A DNA stretch of 62,740 nucleotides, counting the filler, from Chiloscyllium plagiosum (Eukaryota): NCBI RefSeq assembly GCF_004010195.1. It is 3 parts of one record of this genome, joined end to end, with 100 filler letters (N's around TTAATTAATTAA, not from the genome) between each part and the next. Parts side by side here need not be neighbours in the genome. Positions count along the whole stretch, not along the records: positions 19,361 to 51,219 come from NC_057717.1; positions 51,320 to 62,740 come from NC_057717.1; 1 more part is not named here. One strand, given 5' to 3'. Under the pieces are notes generated by a model that did no database searches, was not told where the DNA came from, and worked only from the letters and a program-made list of their open reading frames with translations. Both the position numbers and the translations under genes were made by a program. The stretch's first letter is position 1. Every line of letters starts with the position of its first letter. Shown in pieces: positions 48,481-61,084 of the stretch.

Positions 48481-48774
48481 GGGCGGCACGGTGGCATAGT
48501 GTTTAGCACTGCTGCTTCACAGCACCAGAGACCCGGGTTCAATTCCCACCTCAAGCGACTAACTGTGTGGAGTTTGCACTTTCGCCCCGTGTCTGCGTGG
48601 GTTTCCTCCGAGTGCTCTGGTTTCCTCCCACAGTCCAAAGATGTGCAGGTTAGGTGAATTGGCCATGCTAAACTGCCCGTAGTGTTAGATTAGGGATATG
48701 GGTGGGTTGCGGGTCGGTGTGGACTTGTTGGGCGGAAGGGCCTGCTTCCACACTGTAATGTAATCTAAATCTAA
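48481..48774 (+). mobile_element. Full-length HE1 SINE
   Basis: gggcggcacggtggcatagtgtttagcactgctg (A box), cccgggttcaattccc (B box), conserved core, tail ccacactgtaatgtaatctaaatctaa. Confidence 0.93.
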
Positions 48775-49689
48775 TGATCATGGTTTATCTTGATGGCACA
48801 GCACATGCAGTCAGCATGTTACAGTTGCGACAAATATCTTGCATTTGTTTAACAATGAAAAGTTTTTTTGTGTAGTACAGCAATATTAAACAAATTTTAA
48901 TAAATTCACACCGACTGAAAGCTGGTAGTTAAAATGTGACCCAAATCCTGGGCATGGATTAGATTTTGCATTGTGGGTAATGTCCCTGTCTCTGAGCCAG
49001 AATTCTGGATTTGATTCCAATTGCTGAACATGTGTGATATTCTCCCTAACTCTAGACTAGACGGTCTGGATTCAAGTCCTACCTGTTGTGGAGGTGTGTC
49101 ACAGCATGTCAGAACAGGCTGATGAACAAACACACAGGAGAATAATATTGCAGCTTTGGGCCTATTGTTCTATCTCTGGGCACNNNNNNNNNNNNNNNNN
49201 NNNNNNNNNNNNNNNNNNNNNNNNNNNNNNNNNNNNNNNNNNNNNNNNNNNNNNNNNNNNNNNNNNNNNNNNNNNNNNNNNNNNNNNNNNNNNNNNNNNN
49301 NNNNNNNNNNNNNNNNNNNNNNNNNNNNNNNNNNNNNNNNNNNNNNNNNNNNNNNNNNNNNNNNNNNNNNNNNNNNNNNNNNNNNNNNNNNNNNNNNNNN
49401 NNNNNNNNNNNNNNNNNNNNNNNNNNNNNNNNNNNNNNNNNNNNNNNNNNNNNNNNNNNNNNNNNNNNNNNNNNNNNNNNNNNNNNNNNNNNNNNNNNNN
49501 NNNNNNNNNNNNNNNNNNNNNNNNNNNNNNNNNNNNNNNNNNNNNNNNNNNNNNNNNNNNNNNNNNNNNNNNNNNNNNNNNNNNNNNNNNNNNNNNNNNN
49601 NNNNNNNNNNNNNNNNNNNNNNNNNNNNNNNNNNNNNNNNNNNNNNNNNNNNNNNNNNNNNNNNNNNNNNNNNNNNNNNNNNNTACGGT

Positions 49690-51219
49690 TGGACCTTATA
49701 GTGGCAGGTAAGTGGCCAGCTGGGAAGGGGGACGCCTACAAAAACGAGATGTCAAGAGTTCAGTCAGTATGCTCCTGTTAGTGTGAAGGGTAAAGGTGGG
49801 AGGTGTGAGAAATGCCGGATGACTCGAGAAGTTGAGGTTCTGTTCCTGGATACGTGGGAATCAAATGTCAGATATGGACAGCAGGAATCCATTTTTTTTC
49901 AATGTTCAGTCATGGGATGAAGGTGTCATTGGGTAGGCAGAATTTATTGGCCATCTCTAATTTCCCATAGGGCAGTTCAGAGTTAAACACATTGCTGTGT
50001 GTCTGGAGTCACATGTTGACCAGACCAGGCAAGTATTGCAGTTTGCTTCCTTAAAGGACATTCGTGTATCTGATGGATTTTCTAAACAATTGAAAATAGA
50101 TTAATCATCGTCATTAGACTCTTAATTCCAAATTTAAAGTGAATCGCCACAGGAGTCCAAAGGCAGTAGGAATGCACCTCGGAAGGAAATCAGGAGGGCA
50201 AACAGGGTACATGAGGTAGCTGTGGCAAGTAAAGTTAAGGAGAATCCAAAGGCATTCTAGAAATGCGTTAAAGAGAAAATAGCAACTAGGGAGATCAACA
50301 ACGTTGCCGATGTGCAGAACTGCAAGAGATGAAGGAGGCATTAAAAAAGCACTTTGTATCATATTGACTGTGCAGGAGGATATTGAAGCGAGAGAATTCC
50401 GAAATAATCAATGACATCTTGGAAAGTGTCTGTATTACAGAGGAGTTCTTAAAACGTATAAAGTTGGAAAAATCTCCAGGACCTGGACAGATGTACCGTA
50501 GAAGTCGTGGAAAGATAAGGAACTGAATGCTGGGCCTCATGCTGACCTATTTGAATCATGGATAGCCACAGGTCAGCTGTTTGAAGACTCGAGTTTGGCT
50601 AACGTGGTGTCATTACTAAAAGAATCTAAGAAGGGTGATAAGGAAAAGCTGTGAGCCTGACGCCAGTGGTGGACAAGTTGTTGAGAGAGGATTATGAGGC
50701 ACAGGATTTGCATGGATTTTGAAAGGCATAGACTGATTAGGAATAGTCAACGTAGATTTAAACATGGGAAATCCTGTCTCGCTAACTTGACTGAGATTTC
50801 TGAACAAGTGACTAAGATGCTTCATTGAGGCAGAGAAATGTACATTGTTGAAATGGACCTCAGTAAGAGATTTGACGACTTTCCACATGGTAGACCGGTT
50901 AGCAAGGGAGGTATATATGGAATACAGGGAGAACTAGCTATTTAATTAGAAAATTGACTTTAAGGTAGGAGTTGAGGGATGTGGTGTAGAGTTGTTTTTG
51001 AACTGCTAGGCCGTGACCAGAGGTGTGCCACAAGGATTGGTGCTGGTTCCACTAGTTTGCATTGCTTATATAAATGTATTGGATGTGATCATAGGAGGAA
51101 CAGTTGGTAAAGTTGAAGATATCACCAAAATTTATGGTGTAGTGGACAGGGAAGAAGGTTACCTCAGAATACAATGGAATCTTGATTACATGGGCCAATA
51201 GGCTGAGGAGTGGCAGATG
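49690..51219 (+). mobile_element. CR1 ORF2 fragment with the same SINE insertion as 28110-29650 (older paralog)
   Basis: SINE at ~49890-50135 sits between cagcaggaat and gtgaatc exactly as at 28457-28720; RT motifs TRGVPQGLVLVPL...INVLD follow. Confidence 0.88.
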
Positions 51220-51319
51220 NNNNNNNNNNNNNNNNNNNNNNNNNNNNNNNNNNNNNNNNNNNNTTAATTAATTAANNNNNNNNNNNNNNNNNNNNNNNNN
51301 NNNNNNNNNNNNNNNNNNN

Positions 51320-51535
51320 ACACATTGTACTCTATGCTACTCTCTCCCCACCCCCATCCTCCCCGAGCTTATCTCTCCACGCTTCAGGCTCTCTGCCTTT
51401 ATTCCTGATGAAGGGATTTTGCCCGAAACGTCGATTTTGCTGAAGCTCCTCGGATGCTGCCTGAACTGCTGTGCTCTTCCAGCACCATTGATCCAGAATC
51501 TGGTTTACAGCATCTGCAGTCATTGTTTTTACCTA
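51320..51535 (+). mobile_element. Penelope-like pLTR fragment with hammerhead core at 51405-51432
   Basis: CTGATGA-A-GGGA-TTTT-GCCC-GAAA-CG-TC followed by gctcctcggatgctgcctgaactgctgtgctcttccagcacc. Confidence 0.8.
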
Positions 51536-51539
51536 CACA

Positions 51540-52165
51540 GTATTCTAAATGCACCTCGAACTAAGTTTCTCTACATCTGCAATGTGACCTGTTATTTTTC
51601 ATATTGCATGCTCCGATGCATGTCTGCAAGTTTTCCGTCAGTCTTCTTGATCACCCTATCCATCGTGTTGCCACTTTCAGGGAACTGTGGAGCTGTACAC
51701 CAAGATGCCTTCAGATGTTGATGAGATCAGTAGTTTTTTCCATCCACTTTATACTCTCTCCTGCATTAATCCTTCCAAAATGCCTCACGTCACAATTGTC
51801 CAAATAAAGTTACATCTGTGTTTTCTCTATCCAAGTCTGCAGCTGACGTGTGTCCGACTGTATTCTCTGGCAATCATCATCACAATCTGCAACTCTGCCA
51901 ATCAATTTACAGATCTCTCGTCACAAAATCACTGTTCCACCACTATTCTGTCTTCTATGGCCAAGCAGTTCTCTATCCATCTTGCTAACTGACCGCTGAT
52001 CCCGTTTCACATCACATTCTGTGTGAGCCTGCCATAAGGAACCATATCAAAGGCCTTCCTAAGGTCAAAAAGGCCAACATCCAGTCCCATGCCCTCATCA
52101 ATCAATTTTGTCACTTCCTCAATATAATCAATCAATTTTGTGAGACATGATCCTCCCCACACAAA
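51540..52165 (-). mobile_element. Old CR1 RT fragment
   Basis: Reverse complement includes gaaggcctttgatatggttcct (KAFDMVP) and a decayed RT C-terminal region. Confidence 0.7.
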
Positions 52166-52264
52166 TGTGTTGTCTGTTGCTAGTCTATACTAGAGTACTG
52201 TTGGAGCTGCACTCATTCAGCCAAGTGATTATTGCATCATAATCCTGACTTGAACCTTGGAGAG

Positions 52265-52447
52265 TAGATTGCATTCCTTTCAGTGTCGAAACAGGCCCTT
52301 CAGTCTAACCAGTCCACATCAACCCTCCGAAGAGAAACCCACCCAGATCCATTTCTCTCTGACCAAACCACTTGACAATCCAGTATGGCCAATTCATCTG
52401 GCCTGCACATCTTTGGACTGTGGGAGGAAACTCACGCAGACACGGGG
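52265..52447 (-). mobile_element. HE1 SINE 3' portion
   Basis: gaaacaggcccttc...atggccaattcatctggcctgcacatctttggactgtgggaggaaactcacgcagacacggg. Confidence 0.85.
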
Positions 52448-52641
52448 CGGGGGGGGGGGGGNNNNNNNNNNNNNNNNNNNNNNNNNNNNNNNNNNNNNNN
52501 NNNNNNNNNNNNNNNNNNNNNNNNNNNNNNNNNNNNNNNNNNNNNNNNNNNNNNNNNNNNNNNNNNNNNNNNNNNNNNNNNNNNNNNNNNNNNNNNNNNN
52601 NNNNNNNNNNNNNNNNNNNNNNNNNNNNNNNNNNNNNNNNN

Positions 52642-52920
52642 TACAGTGGGGCCTATGTCGGGCCGTGATGGTTACTGTACAGTGGGAGGTATGTCAGGCT
52701 GTGATGGTTACTGTACAATGGGAGGTATGTCAGGCCGTGATAGTTACTGTACAGTGGGAGGTATGTCTGACTGTGAGGTTACTGTGCAGTGGGAGATATG
52801 TCGGTCCGTGATGGTTCCTGTACAGTGGGAGGTATGTCGGGCCGTGATGGTTACTGTACAGTGGGAGGTATGTCGGGCCATGATGGTTACTGTACAGTGG
52901 GGAGTCTGTCTGGCTGTGAA
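52642..52920. repeat. 36-bp minisatellite (tacagtgggaggtatgtcgggccgtgatggttactg), at least 7.5 copies, left end in a gap
   Basis: Units at 52642, 52678, 52714, 52750, 52786, 52822, 52858 and 52894; produces 12-aa periodic ORFs. Confidence 0.95.
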
Positions 52921-53271
52921 GTTGCAGACTGTATGAGCTGGACAGAGTATGATTCTGCTGATGCCGATGGCCCTCTGCACCTAATGACTGCATCATCATT
53001 GGTTATTCAATCTTTGTAAAGTCTGTTCCATTCAGTACTCATGGAGCTACATATCATGGTGTGGAGGGTCTGCAAAATGCGAAGGTAGACCTTACTCCCC
53101 ATTGTGCAGTGACCATTCTTCCTGATGTATGAAATGGAGAGGTGTATCTGCAGCAGGCAGATCGGTGATGATGTGGTCAGTTTTCTGTTGCCCTTTTATT
53201 GATTCCACCATAACCTGCCACAGAGCAGTCTAGCAGCCACAGGATCCAGCATCAATGCTGAGTACTATCAT

Positions 53272-53503
53272 GAGATTAGATTCCCTACAGGATGGGAACA
53301 GGGCCTTCGGCCCATCCAGTCCACACCGACCCTCAGAAGAGCAATACACGCCTCTCAACATTATGCGCAGTTTAACATGGCCAATTCACTTGAGCTGCAC
53401 ATCTTGGACTGTGGGAGGAAACCCACGCAGTCACAGAGAGAATGTGCAAATGCCGCACAGGCAGTTGCCAGAGGCTGGAATCAAACCTGGGACCCTGGTG
53501 CTA
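53272..53503 (-). mobile_element. HE1 SINE
   Basis: gagattagattccctacag tail, catggccaattcac core, ggctggaatcaaacctgggaccctggtgct head region. Confidence 0.85.
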
Positions 53504-53659
53504 TNNNNNNNNNNNNNTTAATATCACTTTATTTCTTACATATTTTAAAATAAACCAAACAACATTGTTTTTCAGTTGAAAACAATTGAAGTGTACAATA
53601 ATTGAACTACCAGAGCGTACATCTAACTAATACACAATTCAGTGACTGGAGTAAACAGC

Positions 53660-54260
53660 CGCTTCATTTTCAGATCAGTGAACACACCATCTTGCAGGCA
53701 GCAAAGCTATTGAAAATGACTGAGGAAAAGCCTGAATTCAGATAAAGTATTACTAGCCCTCACCACGACTTCTAAAACACTGACCATCTCCAAAATGTGT
53801 CCAGAGAGCTTCCAAACTAGGGCTGGGCAATTACTCACACAATCCTTCACAATAGACTGGTGAGACACATACCTGAACAATAGGGAGATGTGTGTGGGGC
53901 AGACTGGTCAATGGACTAGCACATGGCGCTGGTCCAGACGCAGTTCAATAAAAACAACCTGTAAACAGCCATGTCTTGCAAATATATCTCTTCTTGTGTG
54001 CCACCTAAACTCTGCAATTCTGAACCTTGGCCCTGATCCTGAATGAAGGTGTTATAAAGGTGATGGACTCCCGCAGCATATGTATCTTACATTGAATCCG
54101 TCATAAACCATATCCAGTGTACATTAGCCCCACAATGTTAGTATCCAAACAGAATTGTGCAGCTCCATTGATGGCCAGTATGATCCCAGCCCAACGAGCT
54201 TGTGTGTGACTTGAGCTGGAAATCTCTGTGTAAATGTATGCAGCATTTTCCTAACCGTTA
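53660..54260 (+). mobile_element. Ingi/Vingi-like LINE RT relic (more diverged copy)
   Basis: aatgtgtccagagagcttccaaactagggctgggca aligns with 2026-2065 and the reverse complement of ~61655-61690. Peptides LVNGLAHG and LNPS*TISSVH*PHNVSIQTELCSSIDGQYDPSPTSLCVT. Confidence 0.55.
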
Positions 54261-54929
54261 ACAGCCATTAAGTAATGTCTCTTTACTGAATTTCCAGATA
54301 TCCTTTCGTAATACCAACTTTTAGATTTTCCAAAAAGCACAAAATCACCCATTTATTCAGTACACTGTTTAACAACAATATGATGAAAACTCACAGTAAT
54401 TAGCATAGAAATGTTGAGTCTTATCGCCACACCCAAGACCAAATCATTATTCAGTACAAGGACTTTGAAAATATACAATTATTTTCCCTTGTATTAATAC
54501 TGTTAACTAATAGTCGATTCTCCTGCTCCTCAGATGCTGCCTGAACGTCTGAGTTTTTTTTCAGAACCACATTTTTTGACTCTGATCTCCAGCATCTGCA
54601 GTCCTCACTTTCTCCCTGCTAATAATCATTATCATTTTCATGGCAACAATGTCACTGTGTGTTTAAACATGCCCCAGTCAGATATGAGTACATTTTAAGT
54701 TGCTTCTGTCTATCTTAGAGCTCAGTAATGTGGGATGAGAATGCCAAGGTCTGGGATGCTCGGTATGTAGGCCATGCCTTTGAGAGACTGACAGATTGTT
54801 TCAAACATCATATCCCTTCAGCTGTTCACAACAAGCAGGGAACTGCCTGGACCAACCACAAAACCCAAAACCGTGTCCAGCATTGAACAGGTCTCGACAA
54901 TATAATTTATGTTAATTTATTCATGCAAT

Positions 54930-57720
54930 GTGATTCGGACGGCATTTATTGATAGATAGGGAACTTGAAACAGTGACACTGAAGGAATGGCAATATACTT
55001 CCCAATCAGGATGGTAGATGGCTTGGAACAGAACGCGAAGATGGTTGAGGTCCCGTGTATCTGCTTCCCTTGTCCTTATTGATGTTCGGGAGTTCAGAGG
55101 TTCGTTGTAAGGAGCCTTGGTAAATTTCTGCAGAACATCAAGTAGATGGCAGGTATTGCTGCTACTGAGCATCAGTGGATGAGGGGTGAAGCTGCACCCA
55201 CACAGGCAAATGGAAGTATTTAATCATACACATTCAACATATGTCTTAGCAATAGGGAACAGGCTTTCGGAAATTTTCAGGTGAGTTATTACTGCAGAAT
55301 TGCTAGCATCTAACATATTCTTGTAGCCAATGAATTTATATGCGTCAAAAAGCTGGAAAAGCAAAACAGGTCACGCAGCAGCTGAGGTACAGGAGGTTCA
55401 ATGTTTTAGCATAAGCCCCTCACTGGAATGGGTAATTGAATCATATGGTAGGTCCAGTTCACGTTAACAGTAAACCCCGCGATATTGCTTGGTATGTGTT
55501 CAGTTATGGTGGTGGCATTGACCGTTAGAGGATTTGGTTTAATTTTCCATTGTTAGAAGTAATCGTTGTCTGGCACATGTGTAATGGAAATGGTATTCTC
55601 ACTGTGAAGCACACACTTACATATTTCCAGGTCCTGGTACATTTGGACAAGGACTGCTTCAGTATCTGAGTAAATCACGAATGGTGTTAAACATTGTCCA
55701 ATCATTGGCAAACATCCCCAGTTGTGACTTAACAATGTAGGGATTGTTATTTATGAAGCAGCTGAAAATTATTGGGCCGAGGGCAGAGAGCACTCTGACA
55801 GCTCACTGATGCTGTCCCTCTCTCTGAGCTCGGAAGCTGGCTTCTAGTTCCACCTCGTCCAGAGGTATCTAACAACATATCTGAAAACAATAATTTTAAA
55901 GTAGCTTCCCCAAATAACTGAGTGAGGACTTGGCTACCTCAGTCAGTTGGATCGCCGGTTTGTAATGCAGATTAATGCCGACAGTGTGGGTTCAATTCTG
56001 CACTGACTGACGTGACTGAAAAGGGAGAACTCAACCTCTCCCTATTTGAGGCATGATGACTGTCAAGTTAAACTGCCACCAGTCGTCTCTGTCCAAAGAG
56101 AGAGCAGCATCCTGTCGGGGTATGGTGCCTTACCTTTCCACTTCTGATCTACAGGTTTACCCAGAAACCCCTTCCCTGGGGAACTGCTGCAGAGCTGTCC
56201 TGGAGCTGAGATGGATGCTCTCCTCCAACCCCAGCCACCTTCTTTTCAGGTATAACGTCAACCAGTACAAACGGTTCCTATTTGCTCCAGTTTTGCCATT
56301 AATCCTTGATAGGACACTTGGTCAAATGCAGATATGATGATGTTAAGTGCAGTCACTGTTGCCTCACCTCTTGAATTCAGCTGCATGGTCTCTTGTACAT
56401 CGTTAAACCAAGGCTTCAATGAGCCCAAGGGATGAGAGCCCAAACTGAGCTTCAGTGAGAAGGTTGGTGCTGAGGAAGTGCTGCTTGATCCCACTGTGAG
56501 TGACATCTTCCATCCCTTTATTAATGATAGAGATGAGAGCAATGGGGTAGTCATTGATTGTCTGATGGTTTGTCTGTGTGTGTACAGGACACACCCGGAT
56601 AGTTTGCAATATTGACAGGTCGATGTCAGTGCTGTATCCAGTAGGAACAGCTTGAATGGAATGTTATCAGGGCCCACAGCCTTTGCATTCCCCATCTCTC
56701 CAGTCGTTTGGAATTACCACACACAGTGAATCGAATTCGCTGAAGACTGCCGTCTGGAGGAGACTAACATAGATCCTCTTATCGAAACTTCTGTCTGAAC
56801 TTTGTTGTGGTCGTTTCAGACTGAGCTTTTCTATTGTTGTGTTGAGCCATTCCATCATTGAGGAAGATGATATGTGGGGATCCTCCTCATCCAGAGTTAT
56901 TTGATTGACACCACTATTCTACCTGACTGCATATGACAGGATTGTGGCGATTAGATCGAATTGTTAGTTAGATCTGTCTGTCACTGGCTGTTTATGCTAT
57001 TTGGTGAGTAAGTGGTCCTGTTCAGTAACGTCGCCTCATTTTAGGTGTACCTGGTGCTGCTCCTGGTCAGCCCTCCTGTATTCTCCATTGAACAAGAGTT
57101 TATCCCCTGGCCTGATGGTCAGGGTAAAGTGGAGCATATGCCAGGCAGTGACAGTGAAAATTGTGCGAGAGTACAATTCTGCTGCTGATGACTCGAATCA
57201 CCTCATACAGGCCAGTTCTGAGTTCTAGATCTCTTTGAAATCTGTCCCGTTAAGCTCGGGACATGTGTATCTCACATATGCGCTGATGCGTGTACGCACA
57301 CACGCACACACGCGCGTGCACACACACACACACAGGCACACAAAGTAAAATGGGACTTCGTCTCCAGATATACTGTGTGCAGTATACACTGTTCCCAATG
57401 TGCTCATCGATTAATGTCTTTGCAGCCGATAGGTTGGTGAGGATGAGGCCAAGTATGTTTCTCCCTGTCAATCGTTCCCTCTCCACCCGCTGCTGAACCA
57501 GTTTCGCATCTATGTTCGTTTGGACCCGACCATCTCGATCAGCAATGCTGCTTCTGTGCCCCTCTGGGTGGTGGTTTTGAAATGACCACCCAGTATAGAT
57601 TCTCCAGCTCATTCACTCTGTCAGTGAGTCCTCCATGTGTTGTTCAATGTAGAGGGACACTGATTCATCAACTGCGGGAAGGGATTCAGCAGGAGGTTTC
57701 CGTGTCAGAGTTTGATCTGA
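54930..57720 (-). mobile_element. Decayed CR1/L2-group LINE (3' end, RT, endonuclease) with nested insertions
   Basis: AKAVGPDNIP, VTALNIIISAFDQVSYQGLMAKLEQIG, GRNILGLILTNL; 3' tail region near 54930-54950. Confidence 0.8.
55930..56135 (+). mobile_element. tRNA-derived SINE (non-HE1)
   Basis: tggctacctcagtcagttgg (A-box-like) and gtgggttcaattct (B box), then a non-tRNA body ending gagagagcagc; family not assigned. Confidence 0.55.
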
Positions 57721-58254
57721 CACCGTGAGGTTTCGTTATATCACATTGTTGCTTGAGAAATTTGTAGGACGTCTCTCCTACATCTATCACTCGTCCCAAG
57801 ACGTTAGGAAGGAGGGATTTCTAGTGTTTGTCACTATCAATCGAAGGGCCTCTTCTGTGCTGTATGACACTCACTCTATGACGCTTGTGATTAGACAGCC
57901 GACCGTCTCACTCCTTCAGTTCCTCCAAGTGCCTTGTCTATTCCACTGATGTCTGCAATATTTTCTCTTTTAAGACATTGCACAATTCCGTTTTTAAACT
58001 ATCTATGTTATCTATGCTTATTTCTATCTTTCCCTATCATGTCCTCCAGCTGCTACATCCATATGTATCTCAGTAACCTTCCGTATCACTACAATATGTA
58101 TCTCATACTCCAGCCCCATGTATCACTGTAAATTCCGCCAGCCCCCACACCTCTCCGCATCTCTCTAACCTCCAGATGCTTCACCTTTCTCCATATCCTG
58201 TGAATGAATTTAAAAATATCTCACTAATCTATTCTAGCATGCACAGTCCACGCT

Positions 58255-58480
58255 GTCTCTGTAATATTCCTAGCCTTGCTTTCCTGTCTCTGCAACATCT
58301 CCAGCCTTGCTTTTATATTTCTGTAACATTTCCAGCCTAGTTTTTCCATCTCTGTTCCTCTCTTTGTAACATCTCCAGCCTTGCTTTTCTATCTCCGTAA
58401 CATCTACAGCCAGTCTTTCCTATAACTGTGATATCACCAGCCAAGCTTTCCTTTCTCTGTAACATCTCCAGCCTTGCTTT
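58255..58480. repeat. Degenerate ~31-bp tandem repeat (ctctgtaacatctccagccttgctttc...)
   Basis: Motif recurs at ~58257, 58288, 58320, 58363, 58392, 58425 and 58455; it lies where homology to the left arm stops. Confidence 0.75.
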
Positions 58481-59339
58481 CCTTCACACCTCAGTGAAAT
58501 GGCTTTTTCACACGTCAATGAATTGGTTATATATCTGCTCCTGTATTTTCATCTTTCTGGAGCTTTATAAAATATCTCCAGCAATGTGTCTGTCATTGTT
58601 TGGACCCTCACCTTGACCGACAAACCCTCATTTGTAGACGCGTCCAAGATATCGTCCCTCCTTACTACAGTAACTGTTCCTTAATTAATAATGCAACATT
58701 ACCTCCTCTTTAACATCCTCTCCTGTCCTGCCTATAGTTCCAGTAAAGAGACTATTGAGTTTTAGCCCTGACCTCTCTCAAACACGTCTCTGAGATGGCA
58801 AAATGTTACACCTCCATATGTTAACTCATGCCATTATCACATCAGTCTGTCTGATAATACTCCCAGCATTAACATAAGCTGGAATATAACACCTGGAATA
58901 ATCTGTGCCTCAGAGCTCTTCAATCATTAACTATTTGTTATCAGGCTACCCAAACCATGAAGCAAAAATGTAACTCTGGGACTGAATGAATATTTATTGA
59001 ATTGTAACTTCTTCTAAAAAAAATGTATTCATCAAGTGCAACTTTCCAGTTCTGAGCAGTCAGCTCCACATACAATGCGTTTCTGGTGGTTAATTCCCCG
59101 CTCAGTGTGCAGAGGGGACAGCCCTCAGTAGTAGAGAAAGTGAGGACTGCAGTTGATGGAGATCACAGTCGAAAAGTGTGGTACTGGAAAAGCACAGCAG
59201 GTCAGTCAGCATCCGAGGGGCAGAACAGTCAACAGTTCGTGCATGTGCTCTTTATCAGGAAGGCATTGGTGCATTTTCTTGGATTCCGTGATTCGCAGGA
59301 CGTTGGGAACTGTACTTACTCAGGAAGATAGCACTGCAT

Positions 59340-60965
59340 ATAGCACTGAAGATGAAAGCAGTCAATCAATTGGTTGGACAGGGTTAGACAAGTTGAGGGG
59401 AAGTACAGTCTGATTGAAGTACAAACATAAGGATAGATAAACCCCCTGGGCTAAATGGGGTATACACGAGGTTACTCCAGGAAGTATTGAAAGAGATTGA
59501 TGTGCCTTTGGTAATGATCTTTGTGTCTTCACTGTCCACTAGAGTAGTACCAGATGATTGGAGGGTGGAAAATATTATTCCATTGTTCAGGGAAGGGAAT
59601 AGGGATAACCCTAGGAATGATAGAACAGTAAGTCTTACATCAGCGGTAGGCAAAGTATTGGAGACGATTCTGAGAGAAAGGATTTGCAATTATTTAGAAA
59701 ATGATAGTTTGATTAGAGATGGTCAGCATGGCTTTGTGAGGGGCAGGCCATTCCTCAGAAACCTTATTGAATTCTTTGAAGGTGTGAAAAAGCATGTTGA
59801 TGAAGGTAGACCAGTAGATGTGGTGAACACGAATTCTAGAAAGGTGTTTGATAAGGTTCCCCATTGTAGGCTCATTCATAAAGTAAGGAAGCATGGGATT
59901 CAGGGAAATGTGGCTGTCTTGATATGGACTTGGCTCGCCCATAGAAGGCAGAAGATGGTAGCAGATGGAAAGTATTCAGCCTGGAGGTCAGTGACTAGCG
60001 GTGTTCACCGGGGATTGGCTCTGGGACCTGTGCTCTTTTTAATTTTTATCAATGACTTTGACGAGGAAGTGGAATGGTGGGTTAGTAAGGTGCCGATGAC
60101 ATGAAGGTTGATGGAGTTGTGGATAATGTGGAGGGCTGTTGTAGGTTGCAACAGGACACTGACAGGATGCGGAGCTGGACTGATAATTGGCAGATAGAGT
60201 TCAACCTTAAAAAGTGTGAAGTGATATATTTTGGAACTTTGTGTTTGCATACAGAATATGGGGTTAAAGGCAGAATTCTTGGCAAAGGGGAGGAACAGAG
60301 GGAAATTGGGGTCCATGTCCATAGATCCCGCAAAGTTACCACCCAAGCTGACAGGGTTGTTAAGAAGATGTATGTTATGTTGGCTTTCATTAGCAGGGGG
60401 ATTGAATTTAAGAATATCGAGGTTAATGCTTATCTCTATTAAGTTGTTGTTCAACAATGCTTGGGACATTGTGTTCAGCTGTGGTTGCCTCATTAGAGGA
60501 AACATGTGGAAGGCTCAGAGAGAGTGCAGAGGAGATTTACTAGGATGCTGCCTGGACTGAAGGACATGTCTTAGTAAGAAAATTTGAGTGAGCTAGGGCT
60601 TTTCTCCCTGGAGTGAAGAAGAATAACAGCTGACTTAATAGAGGTTTACAAGATGTTGAGAGGCAAAGATTAGATAGCCAGAGTCTTTTCAACAAGGGGA
60701 ATAATTTTAAAATGATTGGAGGAAGGTTTAGGGGAGATGTCAGAGGTTGATGCATAACACAGAGAGTGGTGGGAGCGGAATACACCGCCAGCGGTGGTAG
60801 TAGAATCAGATACATTAGGGAAATTTAAGAAGACTCTTGGATGGGCACATGGAACTTAGTACGTTGAAGGTTATGAAGGTTAGCCTGATCTTAGAGTAGG
60901 ATAAAAGGCCGGCAAAAAATTGAGGGCTGAAGGGCTCTGACTGCGCTGTACTTTTCTATGGTCCA
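59340..60965 (+). mobile_element. CR1 LINE RT region and 3' end (mirror of 2830-4370)
   Basis: ORF 59487..60104 [33 protein letters not shown]...QHGFVRGR...KVFDKVPH...[17 protein letters not shown] 60101..60442 WQIEFNLKKCEV. Confidence 0.93.
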
Positions 60966-61084
60966 GGATTCATCCACCTTGTGGATTCTCATCAGTTGGT
61001 AAATGAGTGAGGGAGTGAGGTGTGTGAGGACAGGAAGCTGGGAGGGGCGTTAGGCCTAGATTTCCAGTTATGGTGTGTATGGTT

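Noticed and set aside
48481..48560. tRNA gene
   Set aside because: It is the tRNA-derived head of an HE1 SINE and continues into the SINE core and tail.
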